Assembly (NCBI GenBank): GCA_965204735.1
Contig: OZ242008.1
Coordinates: forward strand, 2,688,001 to 2,752,000
DNA: 64,000 bases
Source of the DNA: Longimicrobiales bacterium
Lineage (GTDB): Bacteria > Gemmatimonadota > Gemmatimonadetes > Longimicrobiales > Gaopeijiaceae
Direction: 5' to 3'
The translations under genes and the position numbers were made by a program. Below are positions 50,952-62,153 of this stretch, piece by piece. Within the stretch, counting starts at the first letter, position 1; the number at the start of each line of letters is the position of its first letter. The notes under the pieces were generated by a model that saw nothing but the letters and a program-made list of their open reading frames with translations, had not been told where the DNA came from and searched no databases.

Positions 50952-51576
50952 CGGCTTCCTCCATGGCGTCGAACTCGGCCATGGCGGCGGCGAGCCGGGC
51001 TTCCTCCTCGCTGGTGAGACCTTCCCCGGTCCCCTCGGCGGCCCCTTCCCCGGCCCCGGCTCCCCGGTCTCCGGCGCGAGCGGCTCCGCGCAGGCGTCGG
51101 AGCGCGACCACGGCCAGCCCGAGCCCCGCCAGCAGGCCCGCAGGCGGCACGGCCCACGCCAGCAGCCCTGCGCCCGTCCGCTTGGGGAAGGCGCGGTACT
51201 CCTCGCCGTACGCCGCGACCATCCGCTCCACCAGGCTGTCCGCCGAGGCCCCTTGGCGGGCCCGGGCGTCGAGGCTGTCCCGGAGGAGCTGGGCGTCGAG
51301 GCTGGGGCAGACCTCCAGCATCAGCCCGGGACAGAAGGGCGAGCGCAACTTCGAGATCGCCTCGCGGGCCTCGGGGTGGAGGGCGCGATGCTCCGGGGGC
51401 GTCGCGCTCGGCTCGCTCTCCTGGGCGCCGGCCTGGCCCGGCTCCTGGGGAGAGATCTGGGAGTGGGCCGACGGCGTCGGGAGAAGCCAAGCTGCGGCGA
51501 CGAGCGCGGCCGCGGGGGCGAGCGGAAGCGGGGAGGACGCCCGTGGTCGGGTCAGGTCGCGGCGCTGGGCTCTCAT
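50944..51576 (-). CDS. ccmH: Cytochrome c biogenesis CcmH-like protein
   Basis: LRSPFCPGLMLEVCPS, ..YGE..RA.P...G.LAW..P, C-terminal TM segment. Confidence 0.7.
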   Translation of the reverse strand: MRAQRRDLTRPRASSPLPLAPAAALVAAAWLLPTPSAHSQISPQEPGQAGAQESEPSATPPEHRALHPEAREAISKLRSPFCPGLMLEVCPSLDAQLLRDSLDARARQGASADSLVERMVAAYGEEYRAFPKRTGAGLLAWAVPPAGLLAGLGLAVVALRRLRGAARAGDRGAGAGEGAAEGTGEGLTSEEEARLAAAMAEFDAMEEADA

Positions 51577-51738
51577 CGGGATGATGCTGGCCGCCCGGAA
51601 GTCCGATGTCAATACGCGCGGGCCGGCGGGTCGCGCCCGCGCAAGGGGCGTGCCGATGGTCGACCCCGCCGGCGGGCGCCGGCAGTCTCGCGCGGTCCCC
51701 CTGCGCAAGGGCGCGCCGACGACGGCGGACGGCCAACG

Positions 51739-52611
51739 CTATCGGTTCATCGCGATCTCTCCGCTTCGGTGCACGAACGAGCCCACGACGCCGTAGCCTC
51801 CCACCACGTTCTGCACGGGATGCACCTGGTGCAGGTTGCCCTGGTCGCCGGTGGTGAGGAAGGCGTGAAAGTGGCGGTCCACGGCGGCGACGTCGAGCAT
51901 GGGAACCGGGCCCGCGTTGTCCAGCGCCGCTTGCGGGACGCGGCCTTCGAAGCTCGTGTTCTCGACTTCGGCGTACCAAGCCCTGACGCAGTTGTAGCAT
52001 TGCCCGTACCGCCGTCTCACCGCCATCAGGTAGCGGTGGGCGGCCGTGCTCTCGGACCAGGAAGCGGTCAGGGAGTGGGCGTCGGCGCCGCTCGAGATCG
52101 CTGCGCCCTCCAAGCGGAAGTCGCCCACGACACGAGTCTCGCCAACGGCGGGAACGCGCCCTTCGGCCGTGGCTTCCACCCGGTACGTGGCGCCCGGTCG
52201 GAGCACGGCTTCGGGTCGCAGGCAGTAGTTTCCACCCCCGGCGGACATGTTGACCCACAGCGGCCCCGGGCTGAGGCTGGGCCACTCCGCGTCGCGGCTG
52301 GGTATCGGATAGCGGCACTCCGTGAACGGCTCCCCAGCAGCAGCGGCTCGGGCGCTGTCCCACTCCGCCACCAGCGTCCAACCTCCCGACGCCGCTTCTC
52401 GTTGGTGGATGCGGATGGTCAGCCCGGTCAGCGACAGGACGGTGAATCCGTCCGTGGGGGCAACCTCGATGCGGTGCCGGGTCGAGTCGGGGTTCAGGAC
52501 GGCGTAGAGCAACAGCTGGTCGCTGAGTCCCGTGGGTTGCAGCGGGAGCTCCTCGCAGGCGCTCAGGAGTGCGGTCAGCGCGGCGAGGCCGGCAAGCCTG
52601 TGCTTTGTCAT
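51739..52611 (-). CDS. DUF4249-like lipoprotein
   Basis: LSAC lipobox, YAVLNPD, LRPGATYRV, NVVGGYGVVGS. Lies downstream of a TonB receptor. Confidence 0.7.
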   Translation of the reverse strand: MTKHRLAGLAALTALLSACEELPLQPTGLSDQLLLYAVLNPDSTRHRIEVAPTDGFTVLSLTGLTIRIHQREAASGGWTLVAEWDSARAAAAGEPFTECRYPIPSRDAEWPSLSPGPLWVNMSAGGGNYCLRPEAVLRPGATYRVEATAEGRVPAVGETRVVGDFRLEGAAISSGADAHSLTASWSESTAAHRYLMAVRRRYGQCYNCVRAWYAEVENTSFEGRVPQAALDNAGPVPMLDVAAVDRHFHAFLTTGDQGNLHQVHPVQNVVGGYGVVGSFVHRSGEIAMNR

Positions 52612-52633
52612 TTCGGATCTCCTGTGGGGCAGG

Positions 52634-54970
52634 TCAGAACTTGAAGTTGATCCCGATCGTCGGCAGGAACGGCAGTTGCTGTTCGTAGTCGAACACGTAG
52701 CCGAGCCGGTCGTCGCCGATCTCGCTGAACAGCATCCCGTCTTCGCTGACTTCGCTGAGCCCGGCGAACTGGTAGTACAGGATGTTGTTGCGTCCAGTCA
52801 CGTTGACTACGGAGAGGTAGGGCGCGATCTCCCACGCCCCCCAGCGGAAGGCGTAGTTCGCCGACACGTCAAAGCGGGCGTACGTCGGAAGCCGGCCCTG
52901 CACGTCCGACCACACGGTGAACCAGTCCGCCTCGCTCAGCAGCGCGCCTTCGTAGGTTGGGGCGTCGAGGCGCTGGTGCGGATCGTAGCGCAGGTTGGCG
53001 TAGCTGCCGACCGGGTACCAGAACGGTCCTCCGGCGCCCACCGTTCCCCGCACCGAGATGCCGAACTCGCGAGGCAGGTCCACGGCCACAAGCCCCTCGA
53101 ACTCGTGTCGGCGGTCCCACTGCGGATGGTACTCCGCTCCCGCCGCGTCGGTGACCCTCACTCTCGCCCACTGGTACGACGCCCAGCCTCGCACGCGACC
53201 AACATGCCGCTGGACGATCACGTCCACGCCGCGCGCCTGCCCGTCGTGGAACGCGAGGGTGTGCGGATCGCGGGAGCGGCCGGCTCGCCAGCTCGGCAGG
53301 CCCTTGAAGCGGCGAGTCCACCCGGCAACTCCGGCCGTCCAGCCCTCTCCCCGCCAGGCGTCCACTGAAAGGCTGATTCCGTCGGCCACGGACGGGGGCT
53401 GGTTCTTGCCGTGGACGAACCACATCGGGGCGCCCGGTTCCAAGGTGTAGGCGTCTCGAAGCGTCGACAGGAACTGGTAGGTGCGGTCCACGCTGGCGCT
53501 GACGGCAAAGTATGGAGTGCGCAAGCGGACGGAGAACCGGGGCTCGACGAAGTTGCGCCCGGACCTCCGCTCGGTGGCCGCGCGCACTCCCGGCGAGAGG
53601 CGCAACGGTCCCAGCCACGCCTCCACTTCGGCGAAGGCGTAGGCATGGAGGTACGAGGCGGAGAGGTCCCCCTCGAAGAGCGCGCCGGCGCCTTCGCCGA
53701 GGAGCTGCACCGGGCCGCCTTCCACGGCGATTCCCGCCCGTCCGCCTTTGCGTTCGCCCCGCCACGTGAACCCCGCCTTCAGTCCAGTTGCGGATATGCG
53801 GTTGGTGGTCGAGGGATCGGTGGACGTGCCGCCGAACGTCTGCTTCCCCCGGTACCGGCTGTGGTACGCGGTCACGTCGGTGGTCATGCGGTTGTTGCGC
53901 ACCCACGACCACGACGCCGAGGTGGTCAAGTTCGCCCACTTGGCGCCGAAGGACTCGTGCCCTACTCCGGCAGACTGGAAGTCCCAGGCGTAGTCGTCGT
54001 CCGACGCGAAGAGCGACCAGCGCAGCCTGTGCTCCTCGGCGGGATGAGCCTCGACCCCCAGGTTCAGGTCGTGAAACGAGTACGGCACATTGATGCGCGC
54101 CAAGTCCACGAACGCCTTGCGGCCCGCTGCGAGCCACCGGACGTCGCCCCAGGGCAGCGTGCCGTCGGCGGCGATGCGTCCGCCGAGGAGGCTGAGCCCG
54201 CCCGCCAAGTTGACTTCGCCTGGGCCGCCGGTCCTCTGCCGCGCCGAAACGACGCCCGACAGCGCGCCGCCGTGCCGCGCCGGGATCGATCCCCGGTAGA
54301 ACTCGGTGGACTCGACGACGTCCGCGTTGAACGCGCCGAAGTAGCCGTACATGTGGTACGGCGCGAAGACCGGGGCGCCGTCCAGCAACACCGCGACCTG
54401 ATCGCCCCCGCCGCCCCGGACGAAGAGTTCGCCCGTGTAGTCGTTGACGCTGGTCACGCCCGCCAGCGACTGGAGGCTGCGGAAGACATCGGCCTCGGCG
54501 AGGGCCGGGACTGCCTTGATCTCGGCCTGGGTGACGCCGACGGCGCCCACGGCGACCTCGCGCTCGAACATGCGCCGGTGAAGTTCCCTGGACGTCATCT
54601 GCCGTTCGACCTGTACCGTCAGCGGCGGCAGCGATATGGCCGAGCGCTCGAGCGGGAGCTCGACCACCCCGCCGTCGGCGGGCGCCACGACGAGCGTGTC
54701 CAGGTCCGCGTACCCGAGCCGCGTGGCCAGCACCCTGACTTCGCCGGCGGCTCCCTCGCCGCTGGCGAGTCCTTGGTCGTCCGTGAGCTTGGTGACGGAG
54801 CGCCCCGGGAAGGCGATCAGCACCTCGGTCAGCGGCTGGCCCGAGGTGCGGTCCACCGCGCGGACGGCCCAGACCCCCGAGGCGGGGACCTGGGCCAGGC
54901 TCGCGGCGGGCAAGACGGCCGCGCACGTCGCCGTGCCGGCCAGAACGAAGAGCGCTGCGAAGCGTTTCAT
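52634..54970 (-). CDS. TonB-dependent receptor with N-terminal carboxypeptidase-like domain
   Basis: EADVFRSLQSLAGV, VRGG, LLDGAPVF, ARHGGALSGV, C-terminal LPTIGINFKF. Confidence 0.9.
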   Translation of the reverse strand: MKRFAALFVLAGTATCAAVLPAASLAQVPASGVWAVRAVDRTSGQPLTEVLIAFPGRSVTKLTDDQGLASGEGAAGEVRVLATRLGYADLDTLVVAPADGGVVELPLERSAISLPPLTVQVERQMTSRELHRRMFEREVAVGAVGVTQAEIKAVPALAEADVFRSLQSLAGVTSVNDYTGELFVRGGGGDQVAVLLDGAPVFAPYHMYGYFGAFNADVVESTEFYRGSIPARHGGALSGVVSARQRTGGPGEVNLAGGLSLLGGRIAADGTLPWGDVRWLAAGRKAFVDLARINVPYSFHDLNLGVEAHPAEEHRLRWSLFASDDDYAWDFQSAGVGHESFGAKWANLTTSASWSWVRNNRMTTDVTAYHSRYRGKQTFGGTSTDPSTTNRISATGLKAGFTWRGERKGGRAGIAVEGGPVQLLGEGAGALFEGDLSASYLHAYAFAEVEAWLGPLRLSPGVRAATERRSGRNFVEPRFSVRLRTPYFAVSASVDRTYQFLSTLRDAYTLEPGAPMWFVHGKNQPPSVADGISLSVDAWRGEGWTAGVAGWTRRFKGLPSWRAGRSRDPHTLAFHDGQARGVDVIVQRHVGRVRGWASYQWARVRVTDAAGAEYHPQWDRRHEFEGLVAVDLPREFGISVRGTVGAGGPFWYPVGSYANLRYDPHQRLDAPTYEGALLSEADWFTVWSDVQGRLPTYARFDVSANYAFRWGAWEIAPYLSVVNVTGRNNILYYQFAGLSEVSEDGMLFSEIGDDRLGYVFDYEQQLPFLPTIGINFKF

Positions 54971-54981
54971 GTCGATTGCTC

Positions 54982-56124
54982 CTACCAGCTGAGTGCGACT
55001 TGGGAGCGAAGGCGGAAGCCCACGCGCAGGTTGTAGGTCCGGGGACCATTGGCATGGGTCACCAAGGCCCACCCGAGGTCGTCGTTTCTGCTCAGACCAT
55101 CAAGCTCCACAGCCGAGACGGAGAAGTTGGCCCCTCCTCGCTTCGGCGACACAGGCAGCATTTCCTTGTAACGTCGGTACCACGTGTTGTCTCTCACACC
55201 TCCGAATTCCGCGGTACCCGATACGAATACTCCGTCGACGTTCGTGTACCCCACGGTGATTGCGAGTTCCTCGCGTCCCCACTCGGTGTTGAAGCGCGAA
55301 GCGAAGCCAGTGAGATGGAGAGGAGAGTGCTCCACCAAGGGATCGTGGTATCCGTGCCCTGCGACTTGGCCGTCCTGGTACACAGAATGCGTCCCCAACA
55401 GTTCGGTCCGAGCAGCCTCCAGCTCCTGCTCGGACTCGTAGCGCCCGTAGTCCAGCGTCAGAGGTTCGGCGTTACCGACCCGATACGTCCAGACCAAGGC
55501 CGCCTCGCCGTCGTCCGGGTCCTGGATCACGGCGCCGGGCTCGTCCGCCTGACGGCCGATCCGCGTCCCCCAGTTCTCCCGCGGACCCACGTAGAGGAAG
55601 GCGTCGTAGTCCTCGATCTGACCCATCTTCGTGGCCTCCCTTCTGCCTCCTGCGGGCCCGTGGACCGAGAAGTCGAGCACATCCGGGTCCCACGAGCCCG
55701 CAACTCCGATGCGTGGGGTACCCCTCCACGCCAATCGGTGTTCCCGGAGGGGGACCGAGATCACCAGCTGGGCGACTTCGTCGAGTCGAGCGACCCGAGC
55801 GAGGAACTCGGCCTCCTCTGTGCCCAGCGCGGCGGCGCTGCCGGCCAGCAGCCCGGTGCCTTCGGGGCTACGGAGGTAGTCGCCGAGGACCAGCTGGTGC
55901 TCGACTTGGGTGGAGGCTCTCATGGCGGCCAGGATGCCCAGCCGGGCGTCGGCGGACGCCAAGCCACGCGCCAGAGCGCCGGCCACCTGGGAGATCGGGG
56001 GCTCCGCGTCCAGCAAGTACCGGACGGCGGGGTCGCTGGCCGTCGGCGGGACGGGGCGCGTGGCGTCGTCGCAGGCCGCCACGGAGACGGCGAGCGCGAC
56101 GAGGGTGAGTTTGGTGCTTTTCAT
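54982..56124 (-). CDS. Lipoprotein of unknown function
   Basis: MKSTKLTLVALAVSVAAC lipobox, AGGGG SD-like sequence, first gene of the cassette. Confidence 0.75.
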   Translation of the reverse strand: MKSTKLTLVALAVSVAACDDATRPVPPTASDPAVRYLLDAEPPISQVAGALARGLASADARLGILAAMRASTQVEHQLVLGDYLRSPEGTGLLAGSAAALGTEEAEFLARVARLDEVAQLVISVPLREHRLAWRGTPRIGVAGSWDPDVLDFSVHGPAGGRREATKMGQIEDYDAFLYVGPRENWGTRIGRQADEPGAVIQDPDDGEAALVWTYRVGNAEPLTLDYGRYESEQELEAARTELLGTHSVYQDGQVAGHGYHDPLVEHSPLHLTGFASRFNTEWGREELAITVGYTNVDGVFVSGTAEFGGVRDNTWYRRYKEMLPVSPKRGGANFSVSAVELDGLSRNDDLGWALVTHANGPRTYNLRVGFRLRSQVALSW

Positions 56125-56546
56125 GGAACGTTCCCCTGGTTGGGGCACCGGTTGGTGCCGGTCGCGCCGTTCGGAGCCAGCCGAAGTGCTGGGACCGGGA
56201 GCGCTTGTGACAGGCAATACCCCGGATTCTTCAGAGGGTTCCCTCGGGTCGCAGGAGGACTCTTCGCCCAGCGACCCACGGCCCGGCCACCGGCTCACGG
56301 CTAAGGAAGAGGAATGGCTTCGATGGGACGAGCCGGCGTTGCTCCGGCGAGATCGACCGGAGCCCGTGGAGGATCGACTCCAGGGAGGTGCGCACCCCGG
56401 GCCGGGCCGGCATGAAGCGAGCAGCGATGGTCCGCAGCAGACGGAAGCCGAGAGCACGCTGGGTCCCCGGGCGGCGCGTGCGGCCTGCTGCGCCGAAGAT
56501 CGGCGTTCTGCGCTAGATTTCCCCGCGCCGGACGCCCGACGCCGTT

Positions 56547-56619
56547 GGGGCCATAGCTCAGCTGGGAGAGCGCTGGCTTTGCAAGCCAGAGGTCACCGGT
56601 TCGATCCCGGTTGGCTCCA
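56547..56619 (+). tRNA. tRNA-Ala (TGC), CCA not encoded
   Basis: GGGGCCA/TGGCTCC acceptor stem with G3:U70, anticodon arm CTGGC-TTTGCAA-GCCAG, T-loop GGTTCGATCC. Confidence 0.97.
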
Positions 56620-57597
56620 CTCCAACCCCGCCAGCGCGCGCAGGGTCGCCACGCACCCTTGGCCCGTCCGAGCCGGGTCGTAGCCGCCCTCCAGGAAGAC
56701 GGCCAGGCGGCCTCCGCAGAACCGGTCCGCAACCCCCATGAGCATCGACGTAGCGGCGTGGAGGTCCTCGGGCTCCAGGAGCTGGCCGCCCAGGGGGTCG
56801 CCCGCCAGCACGTCGAACCCCGCGGACACCAGCACGAAGTCGGGCTCGAAGCGGGAAGCAGATGTCTCCAGGGCTTGGGCGAAGAGCCGCATGTAGCGGT
56901 CTCGGGGCGTCGCGGCGGGCAGCGGCACGTTCACCGTGAAGCCTTCGCCCCTTCCACGCCCCGTTTCGGCGGCGGCGCCCGTGCAGGGGTAGTGGGGATG
57001 CTGATGAAGGGAGACGAAGAAGACCGACGGGTCCTCGTAGAAGACGTCTTGCGTGCCGTTGCCGTGGTGCACGTCCCAATCCACGATCAGCACGCGGTCC
57101 GCGTGGCCCCGCGCCCGGAGGTCGGCGGCCGCGACCGCCACGTTGTTGACGAGGCAGAAGCCCATCGCCCGGTCCGGTGTGGCGTGGTGGCCCGGGGGGC
57201 GCGTCGCCACGAAGGCGTTGCGGAACCGTCCCTTCGCCACCGCCCGCACGGCGTCCAGCCCCGCCCCCGCGCTCCCCGTCGCCGCCTCCCAGGACGCCCC
57301 GGAGACCATCGTGTCCGCGTCGCCGGCGACCCCGACCGGCCGTCCCCGCTCCTCCGCCTCCGCCACCGCCCGGCGCACCGTCTTCAGCAGCTCCCGCGAG
57401 TGGACCCGGGCCAGCGCCTCTTCCGACGCCGAACCCGGCTCCGAATCCGGCTCGCCGTACTCCACCCGATCGCCGAGCGTCGCCGCGTCGTTCTTGACGG
57501 CGGCGGCGACGGCGCGCAGCCGACCCTGGTGCTCGGGGTGTCCCCAGCCGGTGTCGTGGAGGACGGCGGAGGGATGGAGGAAGAATCCGGTGGCCAC
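56593..57597 (-). CDS. Histone deacetylase-family amidohydrolase
   Basis: HPE...RL, RPPGHHA, MGFC, DWDVHHGNGTQ, SAGFD..GDPLG, LEGGY. Confidence 0.95.
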   Translation of the reverse strand: MATGFFLHPSAVLHDTGWGHPEHQGRLRAVAAAVKNDAATLGDRVEYGEPDSEPGSASEEALARVHSRELLKTVRRAVAEAEERGRPVGVAGDADTMVSGASWEAATGSAGAGLDAVRAVAKGRFRNAFVATRPPGHHATPDRAMGFCLVNNVAVAAADLRARGHADRVLIVDWDVHHGNGTQDVFYEDPSVFFVSLHQHPHYPCTGAAAETGRGRGEGFTVNVPLPAATPRDRYMRLFAQALETSASRFEPDFVLVSAGFDVLAGDPLGGQLLEPEDLHAATSMLMGVADRFCGGRLAVFLEGGYDPARTGQGCVATLRALAGLEWSQPGSNR

Positions 57598-57599
57598 GA

Positions 57600-58613
57600 C
57601 TACCGCCGCGCCAGCGCCACGATACGAGGGTACGCATCCCACGTCTCGATGGTGAACGCCCTGTCCTTGCTGACGACCCCGAAGTTCGCAAAGTGCGGAA
57701 GAACGTCGGACTCCAGGTACGCCCCGGTCTGCAGGTCGAACTTGTCCAGCACCCATCCTGTTGCCGTTTCGCCGCCGAATAGAACAAACAGCGTGTCGCC
57801 GACAACGGACAAGGAGCGTCCGGTTTCGACGGGCCTGGCCGTCATCTGCATGTGCACGGTGTTCCCCTGACGGACCTGTCGCGCCTTGGGGAAGTCCGAG
57901 TGTTCCACGTAGGGGAAGACGCCCCGCGCATGAGCTGCTCGGAACGTCGCCCAGCCGTTGCCGTTGCTGAACCCATAGACCCAGTCGTCGTCACGCCACC
58001 GAACGAGCTCGCCTTGGTGCAGCAGAGGTTGAGGCTCGCCGAGACCGGGCAACTCGGCGGCGGTCACGTCTTCCCCGTCCCACACCGCGAGAAGAGGTCC
58101 GAATGTTCCTTCAGCGACGGCCAGCCTCCCTCCGCGCAGCGCAGCCACTGACGTCACGTAGCTGGTGCGCGCCCTCACCGGCGTCTCTCCAAGCAACCGT
58201 CCGTCCGCGCTCAACCGCACCACGCGCCGGTTGCGGGAATCGACCAGCACAATCGACCCGTCCGCCCCCACGTCCATCGCCCGAACGTTCATCACTTCAC
58301 CAGGTCCCTCTCCCTTGGTCCCCCAGGACCACAACAGCTCGCCGTCCTTCCCAAACCGACAAGCCGCCTGATTTCGCACGTCGAAGACGACCAGCCCTTG
58401 TGCGCCGTCCGGGCGGAGCAGCCGCGGATTCGCCAGCAGCGTGTCGGACGGGCCGCCGAACGCCCACAGCGTGTCGAACTCCGCCCCCGACGGATCTCGT
58501 TCAACATTGTCGGACGACGAGAACAAGGCCGGCGCCTCGATCAGCCTCTCCTGCGCTGCGTTCTCGCTGGTGCAGCCCAAGCAGAGAACCACCGCCAACG
58601 CCCTCGCCTTCAC
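57600..58613 (-). CDS. Beta-propeller lipoprotein
   Basis: LCLGC lipobox, [14 protein letters not shown] overlap with the carB stop. Confidence 0.75.
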   Translation of the reverse strand: MKARALAVVLCLGCTSENAAQERLIEAPALFSSSDNVERDPSGAEFDTLWAFGGPSDTLLANPRLLRPDGAQGLVVFDVRNQAACRFGKDGELLWSWGTKGEGPGEVMNVRAMDVGADGSIVLVDSRNRRVVRLSADGRLLGETPVRARTSYVTSVAALRGGRLAVAEGTFGPLLAVWDGEDVTAAELPGLGEPQPLLHQGELVRWRDDDWVYGFSNGNGWATFRAAHARGVFPYVEHSDFPKARQVRQGNTVHMQMTARPVETGRSLSVVGDTLFVLFGGETATGWVLDKFDLQTGAYLESDVLPHFANFGVVSKDRAFTIETWDAYPRIVALARR

Positions 58614-61600
58614 GTCGTTCCCAGCGACTCAACTTCGGCTTCCGACCCGACCTCGGCCGCGTCCCGACCCTCGTCCCCGGCATCGCCGCGTCCGATCCGC
58701 TCCTGGATGCTCAGCACCTCGGGCCGCCGGGTGCGGGTGGCGGTGAGGGCGTCCACCGCCGCGCTCGTGGCGGAGATGGTGGTCAGGTACGGGACGCGGA
58801 AGGAGATCGCGGCGCGCCGCATGGCGTAGTCGTCGTACTGGGACTTCTTGCCCAGGGGCGTGTTGACGAGGAGCCCCACTTCCCCGCTCACGATCCGGTC
58901 CACGATGTCGGGCCGGCCTTCGCCCACCTTGTACACCCGCTTGCACGCCACGCCCAGCTGGCGCATGTACTCGCGGGTGCCCCGGGTCGCGTGCACCGAA
59001 AACCCCAAGTCGGCCAAGCGGCGCACCAGGGGCGTGACGGTGGGCTTGTCGGCGTCGTTGACGGTGACGATCACGGACTTGGCGGCGCGCTCCCGCGCCC
59101 CCGGCAGGCTGTTCCCCGCCGACACCTGGGCCTTGGCGAACGCCATCCCGAAGGAGTCGTCCACGCCCATGGCCTCGCCCGTCGAGCGCATCTCGGGTCC
59201 CAGCAGGGTGTCCACGTCAAAGCGGTTGAAGGGGAAGACGGCTTCCTTCACCGCCACCCCGTTGACCGCCGGCTCCGAGGGCACGTCCATCTCCGCCAGC
59301 TTCTCGCCCGCCATCACGCGAGCCGCCAGGCGCGCCAACGGCACCCCCGTGGCCTTCCCCACGAAGGGCACCGTGCGCGACGCCCGAGGGTTCACCTCCA
59401 GCACGTGCACCTGACCGTCCTTCACTGCGTACTGGACGTTCACCAGCCCCACCACGCCGAGCTCCAGCGCGAAGCTGCGCGTCAGGCGGCGCATCTCGTC
59501 CAGCTGCGCAGGGCTCAGCAGGTAGGGCGGCAGCACGCAAGCCGAGTCGCCCGAGTGGACGCCGGCGTCCTCGATGTGCTGCATGATCCCGCCCACCACC
59601 ACGTCGGTCCCGTCGCAGAGGGCGTCCACGTCGGCCTCGAAGGCGTCTTCCAGGAAGCGGTCGATCAGCACCGGATGGTCCGGCGACGCCCGCACCGCGC
59701 GGGCGAAGTAGTCCTCCAGGGAGTCCTCGTCGTAGACGATCTCCATGGCGCGCCCGCCCAGCACGTACGACGGACGCACCAGCGCCGGGAAGCCCACCGA
59801 GCGGGCGACCTCCAGCGCCTCCGCCACGCTTCGCGCGGTCCCGTTGTCCGGCACTCGGGCTCCGACCCGTCGGCACGTCCGCTCGAAGCGCCGACGGTCC
59901 TCGGCCCGGTCGATGGCGTCCACCGACGTGCCCAGGATCGGGACGCCCAGCGCCTCCAGCCCTCGGGCCAGGTTCAGCGGAGTCTGCCCGCCCAGCTGGA
60001 CGATCACGCCCTCCGGCTTCTCGCGCTCCACGATCTCGGCCACGTCCTCCAGCGTCAGCGGCTCGAAGTAGAGCTTGTCGCTCACGTCGAAGTCGGTGGA
60101 GACGGTCTCGGGGTTGGAGTTGACCATGATCGTCTCGAAGCCGGCCTCGCGAAGCGCCAGCACCGCCTGCACGCAACAGTAGTCGAACTCGATCCCCTGG
60201 CCGATCCGGTTGGGGCCGCTGCCCAGGATCGCGATCTTGCGGCGGTCCGAGGGCCGGGCCTCGTCCTCGGACTCGTACGACGAGTAGTAGTACGGCGTCT
60301 CGGCGGGGAACTCGCCGGCGCAGGTGTCCACCACGTTGTAGGTGGGCCGGACGCCCCACGCCCAACGGCGCTCCCGCACGGCCTCTTCGTCTTCGTCCCG
60401 AAGGGCGGCCAGCTGGGCGTCGGAGAAGCCTTCCCGCTTCATGCGGCGCACGTCGTCGGGGCCGGGCTCCGCGAGCGCCGCGTACCAGCGCTCGGTCTCG
60501 ACGATCTGGGTCAGCTGGTCCAGGAACCAGGGGTCGATTCCGGTGGCGCGGTGGAGCCGCTCGATCGACACGCCCGCCTCCAAGGCGCGCTTGAGCTGGT
60601 ACTTGCGGGCGGTGGTGGGACGGCGCACCGCAGAGAGGAGGGCCTCGGCCGAATCCGACTCCAGCCCGTCTTCCTGGAGCGTCCGCCCGGTCACCCAGCC
60701 GGGGCGTCCGACTTCAAGTCCCCTGAGCCCCTTCTGCCAAGCCGAGCGGAAGGTGCGTCCGATGGCCATGGTCTCGCCCACCGCCTTCATCTGCACGCCC
60801 AGGGTGTCGTCCTCCCCCGGGAACTTCTCGAAGGCGAAGCGCGGGAACTTGACCACCACGTAGTCCAGGGCGGGCTCGAAGGAAGCCGGCGTGGTCCGGG
60901 TGATGTCGTTGGGCAGCTCGTCCAGGCGGAAGCCCACCGCCAGCTTGGCGCCCACGCGGGCGATGGGGAAGCCGGTGGCCTTCGACGCCAGGGCCGAGGA
61001 GCGGGAGACCCGGGGGTTCATCTCGACCACCAGCATCTCGCCGTCCGCCGGGTTGACGGCGAACTGGACGTTGCAGCCGCCCGCCTCCACGCCGATCTCG
61101 CGGATGATCGCGATCGCCGCGTCCCGCATGGTCTGGTACTCGCGGTCCGAAAGCGTCTGGGCGGGCGCGACGGTGACCGAGTCGCCGGTGTGGACGCCCA
61201 TGGGGTCGAAGTTCTCGATGGAGCACACGACGATCACGTTGTCGGCGCCGTCGCGGACCACCTCCAGCTCGTACTCCTTCCAGCCCAGGACGCCCCGGTC
61301 GATCAGCACCTCGCCGATCCGGCTGGCGGCCAGTCCCTTCCGCACCTGCGCCTCGAACTCGGCCAGGTTGTAGGCGGTTCCGCCGCCCGTGCCCCCCAGC
61401 GTAAAGGAAGGGCGGACGATCGCCGGGTAGCCCGTGTCCGCCACGATCCGCCGGGCGTCTTCCATGTTGCGGGCGAAGCCGCCGTGGGGAACCGCGAGGC
61501 CGATCCGGTCCATCGCGGCCGCGAACTGCTCCCGGTCCTCGGCCATCCGGATCGAGCGCGCGTTGGCCCCGATCAGCTCGACGCCGTGGTCGGCCAGGAA

Positions 61601-61918
61601 GCCGTCGGCGTCCAGGTCCATGGCGATGTTGAGGGCGGTCTGGCCTCCCATGGTGGGAAGGAGGGCGTCGGGCCGCTCCCGTCGGACGACCTGGGCGACC
61701 CACTCGGGGGTGAGAGGCTCGATGTACGTGCGGTCGGCCAAGTCCGGGTCCGTCATGATCGTCGCCGGATTCGAGTTGACCAGGACGACGCGGTAGCCCT
61801 CTTCCTTCAGCGCCCGCACCGCCTGCGTCCCCGAGTAATCGAACTCGCAGGCCTGCCCGATGACGATGGGGCCGGATCCGAGGATCAGTATGGACTCGAG
61901 GTCCGTGCGCTTGGACAA
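58610..61918 (-). CDS. carB: Carbamoyl-phosphate synthase large subunit
   Basis: [49 protein letters not shown]-terminal MGS domain. Confidence 0.98.
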   Translation of the reverse strand: MSKRTDLESILILGSGPIVIGQACEFDYSGTQAVRALKEEGYRVVLVNSNPATIMTDPDLADRTYIEPLTPEWVAQVVRRERPDALLPTMGGQTALNIAMDLDADGFLADHGVELIGANARSIRMAEDREQFAAAMDRIGLAVPHGGFARNMEDARRIVADTGYPAIVRPSFTLGGTGGGTAYNLAEFEAQVRKGLAASRIGEVLIDRGVLGWKEYELEVVRDGADNVIVVCSIENFDPMGVHTGDSVTVAPAQTLSDREYQTMRDAAIAIIREIGVEAGGCNVQFAVNPADGEMLVVEMNPRVSRSSALASKATGFPIARVGAKLAVGFRLDELPNDITRTTPASFEPALDYVVVKFPRFAFEKFPGEDDTLGVQMKAVGETMAIGRTFRSAWQKGLRGLEVGRPGWVTGRTLQEDGLESDSAEALLSAVRRPTTARKYQLKRALEAGVSIERLHRATGIDPWFLDQLTQIVETERWYAALAEPGPDDVRRMKREGFSDAQLAALRDEDEEAVRERRWAWGVRPTYNVVDTCAGEFPAETPYYYSSYESEDEARPSDRRKIAILGSGPNRIGQGIEFDYCCVQAVLALREAGFETIMVNSNPETVSTDFDVSDKLYFEPLTLEDVAEIVEREKPEGVIVQLGGQTPLNLARGLEALGVPILGTSVDAIDRAEDRRRFERTCRRVGARVPDNGTARSVAEALEVARSVGFPALVRPSYVLGGRAMEIVYDEDSLEDYFARAVRASPDHPVLIDRFLEDAFEADVDALCDGTDVVVGGIMQHIEDAGVHSGDSACVLPPYLLSPAQLDEMRRLTRSFALELGVVGLVNVQYAVKDGQVHVLEVNPRASRTVPFVGKATGVPLARLAARVMAGEKLAEMDVPSEPAVNGVAVKEAVFPFNRFDVDTLLGPEMRSTGEAMGVDDSFGMAFAKAQVSAGNSLPGARERAAKSVIVTVNDADKPTVTPLVRRLADLGFSVHATRGTREYMRQLGVACKRVYKVGEGRPDIVDRIVSGEVGLLVNTPLGKKSQYDDYAMRRAAISFRVPYLTTISATSAAVDALTATRTRRPEVLSIQERIGRGDAGDEGRDAAEVGSEAEVESLGTT

Positions 61919-61937
61919 GGGGCGGACGGTTGGGCGG

Positions 61938-62051
61938 CTACGTCCCGTTCTTGCGCGATTCCCTGCGGACGGCGGTGCGCAGCACGACCAGGAGGCCGCC
62001 CCAGACGAAGGTCATGACGGCGATCATGGTGATCCAGGCGGCAGGGGTCAT
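61938..62051 (-). CDS. MetS-like small membrane protein (37 aa), absent from the ORF track
   Basis: Translated by hand: [37 protein letters not shown]. The M..A.I.M.....WGG pattern resembles NSS-transporter small subunits. Confidence 0.65.
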   Translation of the reverse strand: MTPAAWITMIAVMTFVWGGLLVVLRTAVRRESRKNGT

Positions 62052-62153
62052 GGGCAACGGGCTCGTTCAGGGTAGGGTGTGAGGCGGAGTCGCCTTAGCT
62101 TGAGCGAACTCGGCCGGAGCGACCCGAGGGGAACTGTTCCGTCAGCCGATCTT

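Noticed and set aside
51600..51735. REP-like element
   Set aside because: GC-rich hairpins and a short imperfect repeat are present, but I found no other copy in the window. Probably a terminator region.
56125..56546. Riboswitch or integrase remnant next to tRNA-Ala
   Set aside because: No recognisable aptamer consensus, integrase motif or duplicated tRNA 3' end could be seen. An Rfam/Infernal scan would be needed.
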